Positions 30,420 to 40,587 of a stretch of DNA of 57,964 nucleotides are shown piece by piece. Under the pieces are notes generated by a model. The model was given only the letters and a program-made list of their open reading frames with translations, was not told where the DNA came from and searched no databases. The translations under genes and the position numbers were made by a program. The DNA is from Amphritea sp. (GTDB lineage Bacteria; Pseudomonadota; Gammaproteobacteria; Pseudomonadales; Balneatricaceae). The stretch's first letter is position 1; every line of letters begins with the position of its first letter. The stretch lies in contig JAIBCZ010000001.1 of the NCBI GenBank assembly GCA_024679645.1, forward strand, positions 1-57,964, read 5' to 3'.

Positions 30420-30478
30420 AAAAAAGGGCTGCCGCGATCAAAGAAGCATGACCCGCGCTGCACCCCTTCCGGAAGCTC
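30420..30478 (-). promoter_or_regulatory. Structured 5' leader of the mevalonate operon (possible attenuator)
   Basis: Long imperfect GC-rich hairpin ending in U6, overlapped by an alternative GGAA-loop hairpin; lies between the promoter and the start codon. Confidence 0.5.
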
Positions 30479-30490
30479 GTATTGGTGGGG

Positions 30491-30519
30491 ATTTTATATA
30501 GCCGCTCGTTAATATGCAA
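30491..30519 (-). promoter_or_regulatory. Sigma70 promoter of the mevalonate operon
   Basis: Minus strand TTGCAT-N17-TAAAAT. Confidence 0.7.
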
Positions 30520-30655
30520 TTAATGGCCTGTCAGGCTATAAATTCTGATCAACCTAAGGTTTTAGTACCCAAACTAGCCACCTAAACTTGACCAGCCAGA
30601 TTCCCCCCGGCCATACTTGGGACTTGAAAAATCAGAATCAGCGGAAACTAGGCAT

Positions 30656-31009
30656 ATGCTCTACGCAATCAGAAATGAACAGGGACAGATTACATCACTA
30701 TCAACGCATCCAGTTGGTAACTCAACGATAGCCGACATAACCGATCCCGAAGTAATTATATTCCTCTCCAACAGTAACGAAGCCTGTGATCCGCAAGAGC
30801 TTTTGGAACAATCAGACATCAATGTTAGTCGAATTATTGAAGACCTTATCGACCTGCTAGTTTCCAAAAACACCATTCTGTTTACCGACCTTCCTGAAGC
30901 CGCCCAACAGAAATTGCTGACTCGAAAGCTGGCGCGTTCTGCATACGACAAAGGTTCGGACAAACCCATGATGGAAAATTTCATTCTAACCGACGATGAC
31001 ACTCTCTGA
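30656..31009 (+). CDS. Conserved hypothetical protein
   Basis: MLYAIRNEQGQI...SD..RIIEDLIDLL..TDLPEAAQQKL resembles a widespread proteobacterial small protein of unknown function. Confidence 0.7.
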   Translation: MLYAIRNEQGQITSLSTHPVGNSTIADITDPEVIIFLSNSNEACDPQELLEQSDINVSRIIEDLIDLLVSKNTILFTDLPEAAQQKLLTRKLARSAYDKGSDKPMMENFILTDDDTL

Positions 31010-31035
31010 TTCCAGTTTTCGTCCAGCATAACCAC

Positions 31036-32619
31036 TCAGGCGTCTGCTTCATGCTCCAGCTGTGCCATTGTGCGAATCATCTCAGCACAACGATCAGATA
31101 AAGCCATATAGCGTTTCTGCTGCCGCAGACTCAAAGCGCCATAATTAATACTATACAGCGCATTATCACACTGCAGCAGTAACTCATGGCGCTCAGGCCC
31201 GGGATGTCGAGCCTGCTCCAGCGCTGTCTGCACCAGGTTAAGCGTCAGGCTCGGATTATTTGGTAATATACTATCGGCACGCACAAAAAAGCCTAAGGCT
31301 TTACGATACTCTTTCTTACGATAAGCCAGCATCCCCTGAAGGTTTAATTTCCCCCACTCCAATGCAGCACTGTCTCGATTAACCTGCTGCTTCATCGTTT
31401 GTGCATCTGACTCAGCAGAAGTACCTTCCATTCCTTCAAGGAACGGCTCAACCCATTCGGCTTTTTCTGTCAGTTCCAAACCACAAAAAAGGTCATATGC
31501 ATTCCGGGCTGCCAAATTAGCCCTGTCAGAAGCGCCTGAGCGTCGATAAGCCTGCGCTGCCAATAGCCGGGATTTGAACTGCACAATCGGCTCGCCAGGA
31601 AAAGCAAGCACCACATCTTCAAGGGTGCGTATCGCTTTTTCTTCTATATTCTGGTCGAAGTTTTCCCGCGCCAATAAAGCAGCCACCAGACTGAAGTAAT
31701 AGTCTTCTGACTGAAAACAACTATTACGAGCATAACGAATAGCATTACTATACGCTTCAACTGCAACATTCCATTCTTGATTTTGGCCCGCCAAACTGCC
31801 AAGAGCACCCTGCAACTCAGGCACTGTAGATTGCAACATTATCGCTTTACGCAGTAACGCAATCGCCTCACCTCGTTCTCCCAGCGCTTTGAATGTTCTA
31901 GCTAACCAGGTATAAGCCTCAACACAAAAATGAGATCCATCTATGACATGTTGCAACGCATCTCTAGCGCTCAGATAGTGGCCCAGACGGCACAAGGACA
32001 TGCCCAGCCCGACTCTAGCCCAGGGCTGGTCCCGCTGATCGACGATCGTTTCGAACAGGTGAACAGCTTCAGAATACAACCCTAGTTCAAGTAAAATAAT
32101 CCCCCGCAGCCGCTGAATATACATATGCAGCCCGGGGTATCCCTGAGCCATTTTGTCACACATCTCCAGCGCCGCTTGCAATTCGCCCTGATCCATCAGC
32201 GCTTCCAGCGGCAGCAACACCTCTCTGATTCGCATGATTTTCTCAATGCGAAAGCGCAGTTTAGATTCAGCATAAGGCTTTGATATATAGGTATCGGGGG
32301 AGCTATCCAATGAGCCAAACAACAGCTTAGACTGTTCAGGGTCAACAATAAGGGTAAAGATGGTAGAGAATTTTCGAACGCCTTCTGCTGTTGCTTCTTG
32401 TATCAGTTGTAGCCCATTTTTATGGTCTTTGCCCTGATCAAACACCACAAAACAAAGATCAAATGGCAGTTCCCGCAACAACACCAATCCCATATTGACG
32501 GAGGACGCGACCTGAATGTCAGACACCCCAATATTCCCCAGGATCATCTTGAGTTCAGCAAGATCTTCCAGGCGATTATCAACAATCAGTACTTTCTTAT
32601 CTGAGTAGTTGATTTCCAT
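31036..32619 (-). CDS. Receiver-like domain plus TPR repeat protein
   Basis: KKVLIVDN...YISKPY REC fold followed by TPR helices. Confidence 0.85.
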   Translation of the reverse strand: MEINYSDKKVLIVDNRLEDLAELKMILGNIGVSDIQVASSVNMGLVLLRELPFDLCFVVFDQGKDHKNGLQLIQEATAEGVRKFSTIFTLIVDPEQSKLLFGSLDSSPDTYISKPYAESKLRFRIEKIMRIREVLLPLEALMDQGELQAALEMCDKMAQGYPGLHMYIQRLRGIILLELGLYSEAVHLFETIVDQRDQPWARVGLGMSLCRLGHYLSARDALQHVIDGSHFCVEAYTWLARTFKALGERGEAIALLRKAIMLQSTVPELQGALGSLAGQNQEWNVAVEAYSNAIRYARNSCFQSEDYYFSLVAALLARENFDQNIEEKAIRTLEDVVLAFPGEPIVQFKSRLLAAQAYRRSGASDRANLAARNAYDLFCGLELTEKAEWVEPFLEGMEGTSAESDAQTMKQQVNRDSAALEWGKLNLQGMLAYRKKEYRKALGFFVRADSILPNNPSLTLNLVQTALEQARHPGPERHELLLQCDNALYSINYGALSLRQQKRYMALSDRCAEMIRTMAQLEHEADA

Positions 32620-32700
32620 AAACTCTACAGTTGGGATTGAATATCAAAGTATCATATAAATCAGGCGATTATCAAAGCCACACAGGCAAAAATAAGGCAT

Positions 32701-32732
32701 AAAAAAACCCCGTTATGGTGACATAACGGGGT
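32701..32732 (-). terminator. Intrinsic terminator of argG
   Basis: ACCCCGTTATG-gtga-CATAACGGGGT with a T-run on the minus strand. Confidence 0.88.
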
Positions 32733-32762
32733 ATTTATATTCGAAAGAGAATAACGACAGTC

Positions 32763-33983
32763 TTACGAAAGGTCGCGTCCCTTACCCGCTTCGATACGCA
32801 TACGCAGTGCATTCAACTTAATGAAACCCGCTGCATCTTTCTGATCATACGAACCCGCATCATCTTCAAAAGTAGCAATGCTTTCATCAAACAGCGTATC
32901 GTCTGAGCGACGGCCAACAACAATCACGTTGCCTTTGTAGAGTTTCAGGCGAACATCACCATTCACATAACGCTGGGACTCATCAATCATCTGTTGAAGC
33001 ATCTTACGCTCTTCAGACCACCAGAAACCATTATAGATAACTTTCGCATAACGCGGCATCAACTCATCTTTCAAATGCGCAGCTTCACGATCCAGAGTAA
33101 TAGACTCAATTGCACGATGCGCGCGCAACATGATGGTGCCCCCTGGTGTTTCATAACAGCCGCGGGACTTCATGCCTACAAAGCGGTTTTCAACAATATC
33201 CAAACGACCAATACCGTTTTCACCGCCGACCTTGTTCAGGTATTCCAGCACGGTAGCAGGGCTCATCGCCTTACCATCGATCGCAACGATATCACCCTTC
33301 TCGTAGGTCAGATCCATATAGGTTGCCTGATCAGGAGCCTCTTCAGGCGATACTGACCAGCGCCACATATCCGCTTCAGCTTCAGCCCATGGATCTTCCA
33401 GAATATCGCCTTCGTAGGAGATATGCAGAAGGTTCGCATCCATAGAGTAAGGTGATTTCTTCTTTTTATTTGAGAAATCAACCGGGATGTCGTGCTCTTC
33501 ACAATACTTCATCAGTGTTTCACGGGAAGTCAGATCCCATTCACGCCAAGGAGCGATAACCGCAACACCCGGCTTCAGTGCGTAAGCACCCAGCTCAAAA
33601 CGAATCTGGTCATTACCTTTACCCGTCGCACCATGAGAGATCGCATCAGCACCGGTCTCATTAGCAATCTCAATCAGACGCTTAGCGATCAGTGGCCGCG
33701 CGATAGAGGTACCTAGCAGGTACTCGCCTTCATAAATAGTGTTCGCACGGAACATTGGGAAAACGAAGTCACGGACGAATTCTTCCCGCAAGTCTTCGAT
33801 GTAGATCTCTTTAACACCCAGCGCTTCAGCTTTCGCACGGGCTGGTTCTACTTCTTCACCCTGACCAAGGTCAGCGGTAAAAGTAACAACTTCACAGTTA
33901 TAAGTATCCTGTAGCCAACGTACGATTACAGAAGTATCAAGGCCGCCGGAATAGGCCAGCACAACCTTTTTGATATCAGACAT
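32763..33983 (-). CDS. argG: Argininosuccinate synthase
   Basis: [30 protein letters not shown]; start moved to MSDIKK. Confidence 0.97.
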   Translation of the reverse strand: MSDIKKVVLAYSGGLDTSVIVRWLQDTYNCEVVTFTADLGQGEEVEPARAKAEALGVKEIYIEDLREEFVRDFVFPMFRANTIYEGEYLLGTSIARPLIAKRLIEIANETGADAISHGATGKGNDQIRFELGAYALKPGVAVIAPWREWDLTSRETLMKYCEEHDIPVDFSNKKKKSPYSMDANLLHISYEGDILEDPWAEAEADMWRWSVSPEEAPDQATYMDLTYEKGDIVAIDGKAMSPATVLEYLNKVGGENGIGRLDIVENRFVGMKSRGCYETPGGTIMLRAHRAIESITLDREAAHLKDELMPRYAKVIYNGFWWSEERKMLQQMIDESQRYVNGDVRLKLYKGNVIVVGRRSDDTLFDESIATFEDDAGSYDQKDAAGFIKLNALRMRIEAGKGRDLS

Positions 33984-34132
33984 ATAGAGAGGCTCCAAAC
34001 GCAAAATCAGCCCCGTAGAGAGCGACATAGCCTCTAGCGGACACACAAAAACAGAAAGGACGCAATTGTACCATGATTACGCCAGAGTTACAGAGGGTTA
34101 TATACAGGCTTGACGGATAAAAGACGACTCAA

Positions 34133-34987
34133 TTAATCCCGGTCTAAACGGATGGTCACACGACGACTCCGAACACGGGTGTCGCGATCATTTTTTTGTG
34201 CCACAGGGTAGCGCTCGCCATGATACCGAGTGGTGATCATATCAGGATTCACACCTTTCTTTTCAAGATAAGCAGACACGACCTCCGCACGTTTTTTAGA
34301 CAGATCCCGGTTAGCTAATCGACGTCCCTGAGCATCGGAATGCCCATCAACATAAACCGAATTCACAGTCTCATCGTTATTAACATAGATAGCGATCAGA
34401 TCAAGCCGCGCCTTAGTTGAATCAGACAACCGCCATTGTGCCGAGGGGAACAGCACCGCCGTACGTGCAATTTGGCGATAGTTAACAGGCAAAAGCTCTG
34501 TAATACAGTCTGAATAGGCAGCATAGGCAGGAGGAAAATTAGCTGCCGATAGCCCGATACGAACAGACTCGCCGGTTTCAGCCCAGTTCTGAGCCAGGAA
34601 AGTAGGTTTTCTTCCTCGATACAAACTAGCCAACATCTGCTGGGAATACCCGGTTGGCACAGCAATCGATCCATTAGCAGCAAAGGTCACCTTACCAATT
34701 TGTCGGGTCGCTGTACCTGGTTGCCAAGGGGATGCCTCCTCCAGCAACTGCACGCTGCCTTTCAGACCATGCCCCTGCATCGGTTTCAAAATAAAGCGAA
34801 CAGTCTCCCCCGCTTCATGATTAAACTCTCCCTCACCAAACAACGGAATTACCTGAGACAAACGACAGCTGAATTTAGAGGCTTCCAATTCCCATTTAGA
34901 TTGCTCGATAGACGCAGCATAACCGACCGCTAATACTGGCAAGGAAATCATTGAAAGCAACACTAAAATGGCAACGCGCATATACAA
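34133..34987 (-). CDS. motY: Sodium-type flagellar motor protein MotY
   Basis: Signal peptide, MotY N-terminal pattern (W...CRLSQVIPLFG...C), C-terminal OmpA-like domain (NRDLSKKRA, GERYPV). Confidence 0.85.
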   Translation of the reverse strand: MYMRVAILVLLSMISLPVLAVGYAASIEQSKWELEASKFSCRLSQVIPLFGEGEFNHEAGETVRFILKPMQGHGLKGSVQLLEEASPWQPGTATRQIGKVTFAANGSIAVPTGYSQQMLASLYRGRKPTFLAQNWAETGESVRIGLSAANFPPAYAAYSDCITELLPVNYRQIARTAVLFPSAQWRLSDSTKARLDLIAIYVNNDETVNSVYVDGHSDAQGRRLANRDLSKKRAEVVSAYLEKKGVNPDMITTRYHGERYPVAQKNDRDTRVRSRRVTIRLDRD

Positions 34988-35052
34988 CCGATATCCATCT
35001 GAGATTAAGAGAATAAACCAGGCATTTCAGCCTTACTCTATAGACCTGCACT

Positions 35053-35079
35053 GTATCGGCACAGAGACTACAAGCTTTA
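35053..35079 (-). promoter_or_regulatory. Sigma28 (FliA) promoter of motY
   Basis: Minus strand TAAA-N15-GCCGATAC. Confidence 0.8.
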
Positions 35080-35210
35080 GATTTTAACACTTTATAAATA
35101 AGCTGACTGACTCTCGCTTTGGCATTTGTTAAAACCTACTCAAGTCTTTACACTTGAGCACAGCAAAATCACATATCTTGGTCGATTAAAACGGCCATTA
35201 AGGACCTGCA

Positions 35211-35861
35211 TTGAACAGAAGCGCACAGTACCAGCACCCAATGTCTAACCGTTTCCGAGGCTACCTACCCGTTGTCATTGATGTGGAGACCGCCGGATTT
35301 AATGCTCAGACAGACGCCCTGCTGGAAATTGCAGCTGTCACCCTGACAATGGATGATGACGGCAACCTCCTGATAGATGAAAGCTATGAATTCAACGTCG
35401 AGCCATTCGAGGGTGCCAACCTTGAAAAAGCCGCTCTGGACTTTACGGGAATCGATCCGTACAACCCACTTCGCGGAGCCATTCCTGAAGCAGAAGCGAT
35501 GGAAAAAATATTCAAACCTATTCGAAAGGCGGTCAAGGCACACAGCTGCAAACGCGCTATTTTAGTCGGTCACAACGCCTCTTTTGATCACGGTTTCGTC
35601 ACCGCTGCATCTGAACGCTGCGATATCAAGCGCAACCCGTTCCACCCCTTTTCTACCTTTGATACTGCCACATTGGCAGGCTTGGCTGTAGGCCATACGG
35701 TATTGGCAAAATCTTGCGATCTGGCCGACATCGATTTTGATGGCAACCAGGCCCATTCCGCCTTGTACGACACGATGAAAACCGCTGAACTTTTCTGCAT
35801 GATCGTAAACCGCTGGAAAGACCTGGGCGGCTGGCAAATGATGGAAGATCGATACGAATAA
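35211..35861 (+). CDS. rnt: Ribonuclease T
   Basis: [32 protein letters not shown]; TTG start with AGGA RBS. Confidence 0.96.
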   Translation: MNRSAQYQHPMSNRFRGYLPVVIDVETAGFNAQTDALLEIAAVTLTMDDDGNLLIDESYEFNVEPFEGANLEKAALDFTGIDPYNPLRGAIPEAEAMEKIFKPIRKAVKAHSCKRAILVGHNASFDHGFVTAASERCDIKRNPFHPFSTFDTATLAGLAVGHTVLAKSCDLADIDFDGNQAHSALYDTMKTAELFCMIVNRWKDLGGWQMMEDRYE

Positions 35862-35967
35862 TATAATCAGAACGTCGCTATACGACTTGTTAGTGGTCAA
35901 ACGAGATTGCATCGCTTGCCAGAAAAAGCATCTCTACTAACTGTACTGCACAAAAACTTTACTGCAC

Positions 35968-35997
35968 AAAAAAACGCGCCGATGGCGCGTTTTTTTT
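35968..35997. terminator. Bidirectional terminator (rnt / peroxiredoxin)
   Basis: AAAAAAACGCGCC-gat-GGCGCGTTTTTTT. Confidence 0.9.
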
Positions 35998-36019
35998 ATC
36001 TAACAACTACTCTTCAATC

Positions 36020-36622
36020 TTACAAAGAGTCAGCATTCTCGCTCAGGTACGCAGCTACGCCAGCAGGTGACGCATCCATACCTTTATCACCTTCAGTCCA
36101 GCCAGCTGGGCAAACTTCGCCGTTAGCCTGGTGGAATGCAAGCGCATCAACCATACGCAACATTTCGTCAACGTTACGGCCCAGTGGCAGATCGTTAACT
36201 ACCTGGTGACGAACCAGACCATCTTCATCAATCAGGAATGATCCACGGAAAGCCATACCGCCTTCAGATTCAACATCATAAGCCTGGCAGATGCTGTGAG
36301 TCATATCAGCAACCAGCGTGTAATTAACCGGACCAATACCGCCCTGATCAACAGGGGTATTACGCCAAGCGTTGTGAGAGAAGTGAGAATCGATAGAAAC
36401 ACCGATCACTTCAACGTTACGCTTTTTGAACTCTTCAATGCGGTGATCAAAAGCCAGCAGCTCAGACGGACAAACAAAGGTGAAATCCAGTGGGTAGAAG
36501 AATACAACAGCCTTCTTACCTTTAATCGCTTCTGACAGAGTCAATGAATCAACGATGTCACCGTTACCCAGTACCGCTGCAGCAGTAAAATCCGGAGCCT
36601 GCTTACCTACTAATACGCCCAT
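36020..36622 (-). CDS. tsaA: 2-Cys peroxiredoxin (AhpC/TsaA)
   Basis: FYPLDFTFVCP and GEVCPAGW. Confidence 0.93.
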   Translation of the reverse strand: MGVLVGKQAPDFTAAAVLGNGDIVDSLTLSEAIKGKKAVVFFYPLDFTFVCPSELLAFDHRIEEFKKRNVEVIGVSIDSHFSHNAWRNTPVDQGGIGPVNYTLVADMTHSICQAYDVESEGGMAFRGSFLIDEDGLVRHQVVNDLPLGRNVDEMLRMVDALAFHQANGEVCPAGWTEGDKGMDASPAGVAAYLSENADSL

Positions 36623-36786
36623 TTTCTATCTCCATTTAAGTAAAACGTTAAACGCTAAATGAATAAGCAAAAATATTACTCAATCAACATGCCATAAATT
36701 CTACAGATATCTTAGTTGCAGAGACTTTATAACACTAATAAAAGACAACTATACAACTGATAAACAATACCTATGACCTGCCACTA

Positions 36787-37122
36787 TCATTCAGCGGCAG
36801 CATCATCCTCAACGACGACGGTATCGATCAGCTCTTTGAGCTCTCCGTTTGCCGCCATCTCAGCAATAATATCGCAGCCACCAATCAATTCACCTTTAAT
36901 CCACAGCTGTGGAAAAGTAGGCCAGTTGGCATATTTAGGAAGTTCCGCACGGATCTCCGGACTTTCCAGTATATTTACAAACGCGAAGCGAGCCCCGCAA
37001 GACATAATTGCTTCAGACGCGCGGGAAGAGAAGCCGCACTGAGGAAAACGGGGAGTACCCTTCATGTACAAGAGGATATCGTTGGATTCAATCTGCTCTT
37101 TAATAGTATCTACAACGCTCAT
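36787..37122 (-). CDS. grxD: Monothiol glutaredoxin Grx4
   Basis: CGFS, WPTFPQL, GGCD. Confidence 0.96.
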   Translation of the reverse strand: MSVVDTIKEQIESNDILLYMKGTPRFPQCGFSSRASEAIMSCGARFAFVNILESPEIRAELPKYANWPTFPQLWIKGELIGGCDIIAEMAANGELKELIDTVVVEDDAAAE

Positions 37123-37193
37123 AAACCTACCTATGTTTTAACTGGTCGCCAGAAGTCCGGCATTCATCAATTTTTGTGGCAAAATTCTAACAT

Positions 37194-37218
37194 AAACCTG
37201 ATTAATTTACTCAGGTAT
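37194..37218. promoter_or_regulatory. IscR type-1 (Rrf2) site upstream of grxD
   Basis: Minus strand ATACCTGAGTAAATTAATCAGGTTT matches ATASYYGACTRWWWYAGTCRRSTAT at 22/25; TAGAAT -10 at 37184-37189. Confidence 0.75.
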
Positions 37219-37332
37219 AGCCGAAAAAAAATCAGCATAAATACTCAGTCTTAAAGGATCCACTGATTAGAAAAACTGTATCTGGAACTATATGGGGGCA
37301 ACTATACTAAATCTCAAGTTACATTCTCTATC

Positions 37333-37361
37333 TTGCTTATTGTCTGGCAAGTACATAGAAT
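37333..37361 (+). promoter_or_regulatory. Sigma70 promoter of argD-argF
   Basis: TTGCTT-N17-TAGAAT. Confidence 0.7.
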
Positions 37362-37421
37362 GGCTGGTTTTCCGTTCGGCAGCCTCAAAAAAGCTGCCGT
37401 TTTGCGTTACATAGAGGGACA

Positions 37422-38609
37422 ATGATGTCTATACAGCCCGTTATGAATACTTACTCGCGTCTTTCAGTAGCATTTGATCACGGCGAAGGCTGCTGGCTGT
37501 TCGATACAGACGGCAACAAATACCTGGATGCTCTCAGCGGTATCGCAGTATGCGGCCTGGGCCACGCCCATCCAGCCGTCACCACCGCTATCAGTGAACA
37601 GGCTAGTCAGCTAATACATACATCAAACCTCTATACCATACCCAACCAGGAACTACTGGCTGAGCGACTGACAAAGATATCCGGTATGGATAACGTATTC
37701 TTCGGTAACTCCGGCGCTGAAGCTAACGAAGCCGCCATCAAACTGGCGCGTCGGTACGGACATGCCAAAGGCATCGACAAGCCCACCACGATTGTTATGG
37801 AAGGTTCTTTTCACGGCCGCACCATGGCCACCCTGAGCGCGACAGGTAACCGCTCTGCTCAGGCAGGCTTTGAACCACTGGTCAGCGGTTTTGTCCGCGC
37901 CCCGTATAACGATGTTGCTGCGGTAAAAAACATCATCGCCAATAATGCCGACGTAGTCGCTATTCTGGTTGAGCCTATTCAGGGAGAAGGCGGCGTTATC
38001 ATTCCAGCCGACGACTACCTGAATCAGTTACGCGAGCTTTGCGATGCAAACGACATGCTGTTAATGCTCGATGAAGTTCAGACAGGTAATGGCCGTACCG
38101 GAAGCTACTTTGCATACCAGCAGAACAACATCCTTCCCGATGTCGTTACGACCGCTAAAGGCCTGGGTAACGGCGTTCCAATCGGAGCCTGTCTGGCCCG
38201 GGGTAAAGCGACCGAAGTTCTGGTACCGGGCACCCATGGCTCAACTTATGGCGGCAACCCGCTATGCTGCGCTGCTGCATTAGCCGTTGTTGACACCATT
38301 ACAAATGAGAAACTAGACCAGCGCGCAGGCAAGCTAGGCGATATGATTGCTGACGGCTTCCGTGCTCAATTAGGCGATGCTTCCTACGTTAAAGAGATCC
38401 GCAACAAAGGCCTGATGATTGCGATTGAGCTAAGTGAAGCAGGTACCGAACTAGCGGTGCTATCCAAAGTTAAAGGCGTACTACTCAACGTCACCGGTGG
38501 CGGCAAAGTCGTACGCATGCTTCCACCTTTGGTTATGAGCGATACCGAAGCGGAACTACTGGTCAATACAGTGTCCCGCATTATCAAAGTCTACATGGCT
38601 GACGAATAA
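37422..38609 (+). CDS. argD: Acetylornithine aminotransferase
   Basis: NSGAEANE, FHGRT, EPIQGEGG, DEVQTG, AKGLG; upstream of argF. Confidence 0.92.
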   Translation: MMSIQPVMNTYSRLSVAFDHGEGCWLFDTDGNKYLDALSGIAVCGLGHAHPAVTTAISEQASQLIHTSNLYTIPNQELLAERLTKISGMDNVFFGNSGAEANEAAIKLARRYGHAKGIDKPTTIVMEGSFHGRTMATLSATGNRSAQAGFEPLVSGFVRAPYNDVAAVKNIIANNADVVAILVEPIQGEGGVIIPADDYLNQLRELCDANDMLLMLDEVQTGNGRTGSYFAYQQNNILPDVVTTAKGLGNGVPIGACLARGKATEVLVPGTHGSTYGGNPLCCAAALAVVDTITNEKLDQRAGKLGDMIADGFRAQLGDASYVKEIRNKGLMIAIELSEAGTELAVLSKVKGVLLNVTGGGKVVRMLPPLVMSDTEAELLVNTVSRIIKVYMADE

Positions 38610-38650
38610 CAGAATTTGAGCAAGGCCTGTTCATTCAGGTCTACTGAACT

Positions 38651-39556
38651 ATGACAATACGACATTTTTTAACACTGCTGGACCTGACCCCTGATGAGCT
38701 CAATAAGCTGATTCGCCGGGCGGTTGAATTGAAGAACATCCGCAACAGCGGCGAAGTTTATGAGCCTTTAAAGAACCAGGTTCTGGCGATGATTTTTGAA
38801 AAATCATCTACCCGCACGCGTGTTTCTTTTGAAGCCGGCATGGCTCAATTTGGCGGACACGCACTGTTTCTCTCTTCACGAGACACCCAGCTAGGCCGTG
38901 GCGAGCCCATCGAAGACAGCGCAAAAGTAATTTCAAGCATGTGCGACGCAGTCATGATTCGCACCTTTGAACATGAGACCGTTATCACCTTCGCTGCCAA
39001 TTCAAAAGTACCTGTCATCAATGCTCTCACTGATGACTACCATCCGTGCCAGCTATTAGCTGATATGCAGACCTTTCTCGAGCACCGGGGCGATATCAAA
39101 GGCAAAACCGTCAGCTGGATAGGCGATGGCAATAATATGTGTCATTCCTACATCAATGCGGCCCGGCAGTTTGACTTTAATCTTCAGATCGCCTGCCCTG
39201 AAGGGTTTGATCCTGATCCAGAACTGGTAGCAATCAATAGCGACCGGGTAACTATCTTCCGCACACCGGAAGAAGCCGTTCAAGGCAGTCACCTTATCGT
39301 TACCGATGTCTGGGCCTCAATGGGCCAGGAAGAGGAACAAAAAGAGCGCGAAAAAGCTTTTGCAGGTTACCAGGTAACCACCCAACTGCTTGATCAGGCG
39401 GATGAAGACGCTATTTTCATGCACTGCCTGCCAGCCCATCGCGGCGAAGAAGTCAGCGCTGAAATGATGGACGACCCACGTTCAGTTGTATTTGATGAAG
39501 CAGAAAACCGCCTTCATGCACAAAAAGCGCTGCTCGAATTCCTACTGGTAAAGTAG
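38651..39556 (+). CDS. argF: Ornithine carbamoyltransferase
   Basis: STRTR, HPCQ, SMGQE, HCLP. Confidence 0.97.
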   Translation: MTIRHFLTLLDLTPDELNKLIRRAVELKNIRNSGEVYEPLKNQVLAMIFEKSSTRTRVSFEAGMAQFGGHALFLSSRDTQLGRGEPIEDSAKVISSMCDAVMIRTFEHETVITFAANSKVPVINALTDDYHPCQLLADMQTFLEHRGDIKGKTVSWIGDGNNMCHSYINAARQFDFNLQIACPEGFDPDPELVAINSDRVTIFRTPEEAVQGSHLIVTDVWASMGQEEEQKEREKAFAGYQVTTQLLDQADEDAIFMHCLPAHRGEEVSAEMMDDPRSVVFDEAENRLHAQKALLEFLLVK

Positions 39557-39568
39557 AGCAGATTGCCG

Positions 39569-39596
39569 ATAGAGCCTGCACCCCAGCAGGCTCTAT
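39569..39596 (+). terminator. Hairpin after argF
   Basis: ATAGAGCCTGC-N6-GCAGGCTCTAT 11-bp stem; no clear U-tract. Confidence 0.5.
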
Positions 39597-39614
39597 ATCA
39601 CTCAAAGATCCCGC

Positions 39615-39629
39615 ATGAGTGAAATTCAT
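39615..39629. promoter_or_regulatory. MetR box (autoregulatory)
   Basis: ATGAG-tgaaa-TTCAT, close to TGAA-N5-TTCA, upstream of metR. Confidence 0.6.
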
Positions 39630-39672
39630 ACTATACTCTGTTTCAAACGCACATTTATTGAGGCATGACGGC

Positions 39673-40587
39673 ATGATCGAACTTCGACATCTTAAAACAC
39701 TTTCTGCACTGAGAGATTCAGGCAGTCTGGTAGAAGCTGCCGAACGCATCCATCTGACCCAATCTGCACTGTCTCACCAGATCAAAGATCTTGAAGACCG
39801 CCTCGATTGCTCCCTGTTTATCCGCAAAACCAAGCCCATCTGCTTCACCAGCGCAGGTCAGCGAATACTGACCCTGGCTGATGATGTATTACCGATGATT
39901 CGTAATGCTGAACGGGATATCGCCCGCCTGGCCGGTGGTGAAGCCGGTCGGTTAAATATCTGTATTGAGTGTCATAGCTGCTTCGACTGGCTCATGCCAA
40001 CCATCGACCATTTCCGCCAAAACTGGCCCGAAGTGGAGATGGATCTGACCACCGGTTTCAGTTTTCAACCGCTGCCTGCACTGGCACGGGGTGATATCGA
40101 TCTGGTCATCACTGCAGATCCGGAACCACGCAACGGCATCACCTATATTCCACTGTTCTCTTACGAATCAGTCCTGGCGCTGAGCAAGCAACACCAACTG
40201 GTTGCCCGAAAAGTAATTCAGCCGCAAGACCTCGAGCAGCAGACACTGATCACCTACCCTGTCGATCCGCAACGACTGGACGTGTTTAAGCACTTCCTCG
40301 ACCCGGCCGATATTGATCCGGGGGAAGTACGGACATCAGAACTAACAGTCATGATTATGCAACTGGTTGCCAGCGGTCGTGGGGTATCGGCCATGCCTAA
40401 CTGGGCGATTCACCAGTATATTGAGCAGGATTACATCACCTCACGCCCACTAGGCGATAAAGGGGTATGGTGCACCCTTTACGCGGCTATTCGAGAAGAC
40501 CAGAAAGATGCTGATTTTATGGTCGACTTCCTGAATACCGCTAAAGAGATCACCTTCCGCAATCTCAGCGGTATCAAATCCGCCTGA
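39673..40587 (+). CDS. metR: LysR-family methionine regulator MetR
   Basis: MIELRHLKTL, IECHSCFDWLMP, LITYPV..RLD; start moved from 39619. Confidence 0.93.
   Translation: MIELRHLKTLSALRDSGSLVEAAERIHLTQSALSHQIKDLEDRLDCSLFIRKTKPICFTSAGQRILTLADDVLPMIRNAERDIARLAGGEAGRLNICIECHSCFDWLMPTIDHFRQNWPEVEMDLTTGFSFQPLPALARGDIDLVITADPEPRNGITYIPLFSYESVLALSKQHQLVARKVIQPQDLEQQTLITYPVDPQRLDVFKHFLDPADIDPGEVRTSELTVMIMQLVASGRGVSAMPNWAIHQYIEQDYITSRPLGDKGVWCTLYAAIREDQKDADFMVDFLNTAKEITFRNLSGIKSA

Noticed and set aside
30455-30478. TCCGGAAGG...GCAGC resembles the SRP RNA (ffs) core
   Set aside because: The conserved CAGG and GGAAGCAG internal loop and the long enclosing helix are missing
35944-35972. Direct repeat TACTGCACAAAAA x2
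   Set aside because: Two copies next to a terminator; looks like a local duplication, not CRISPR or iterons
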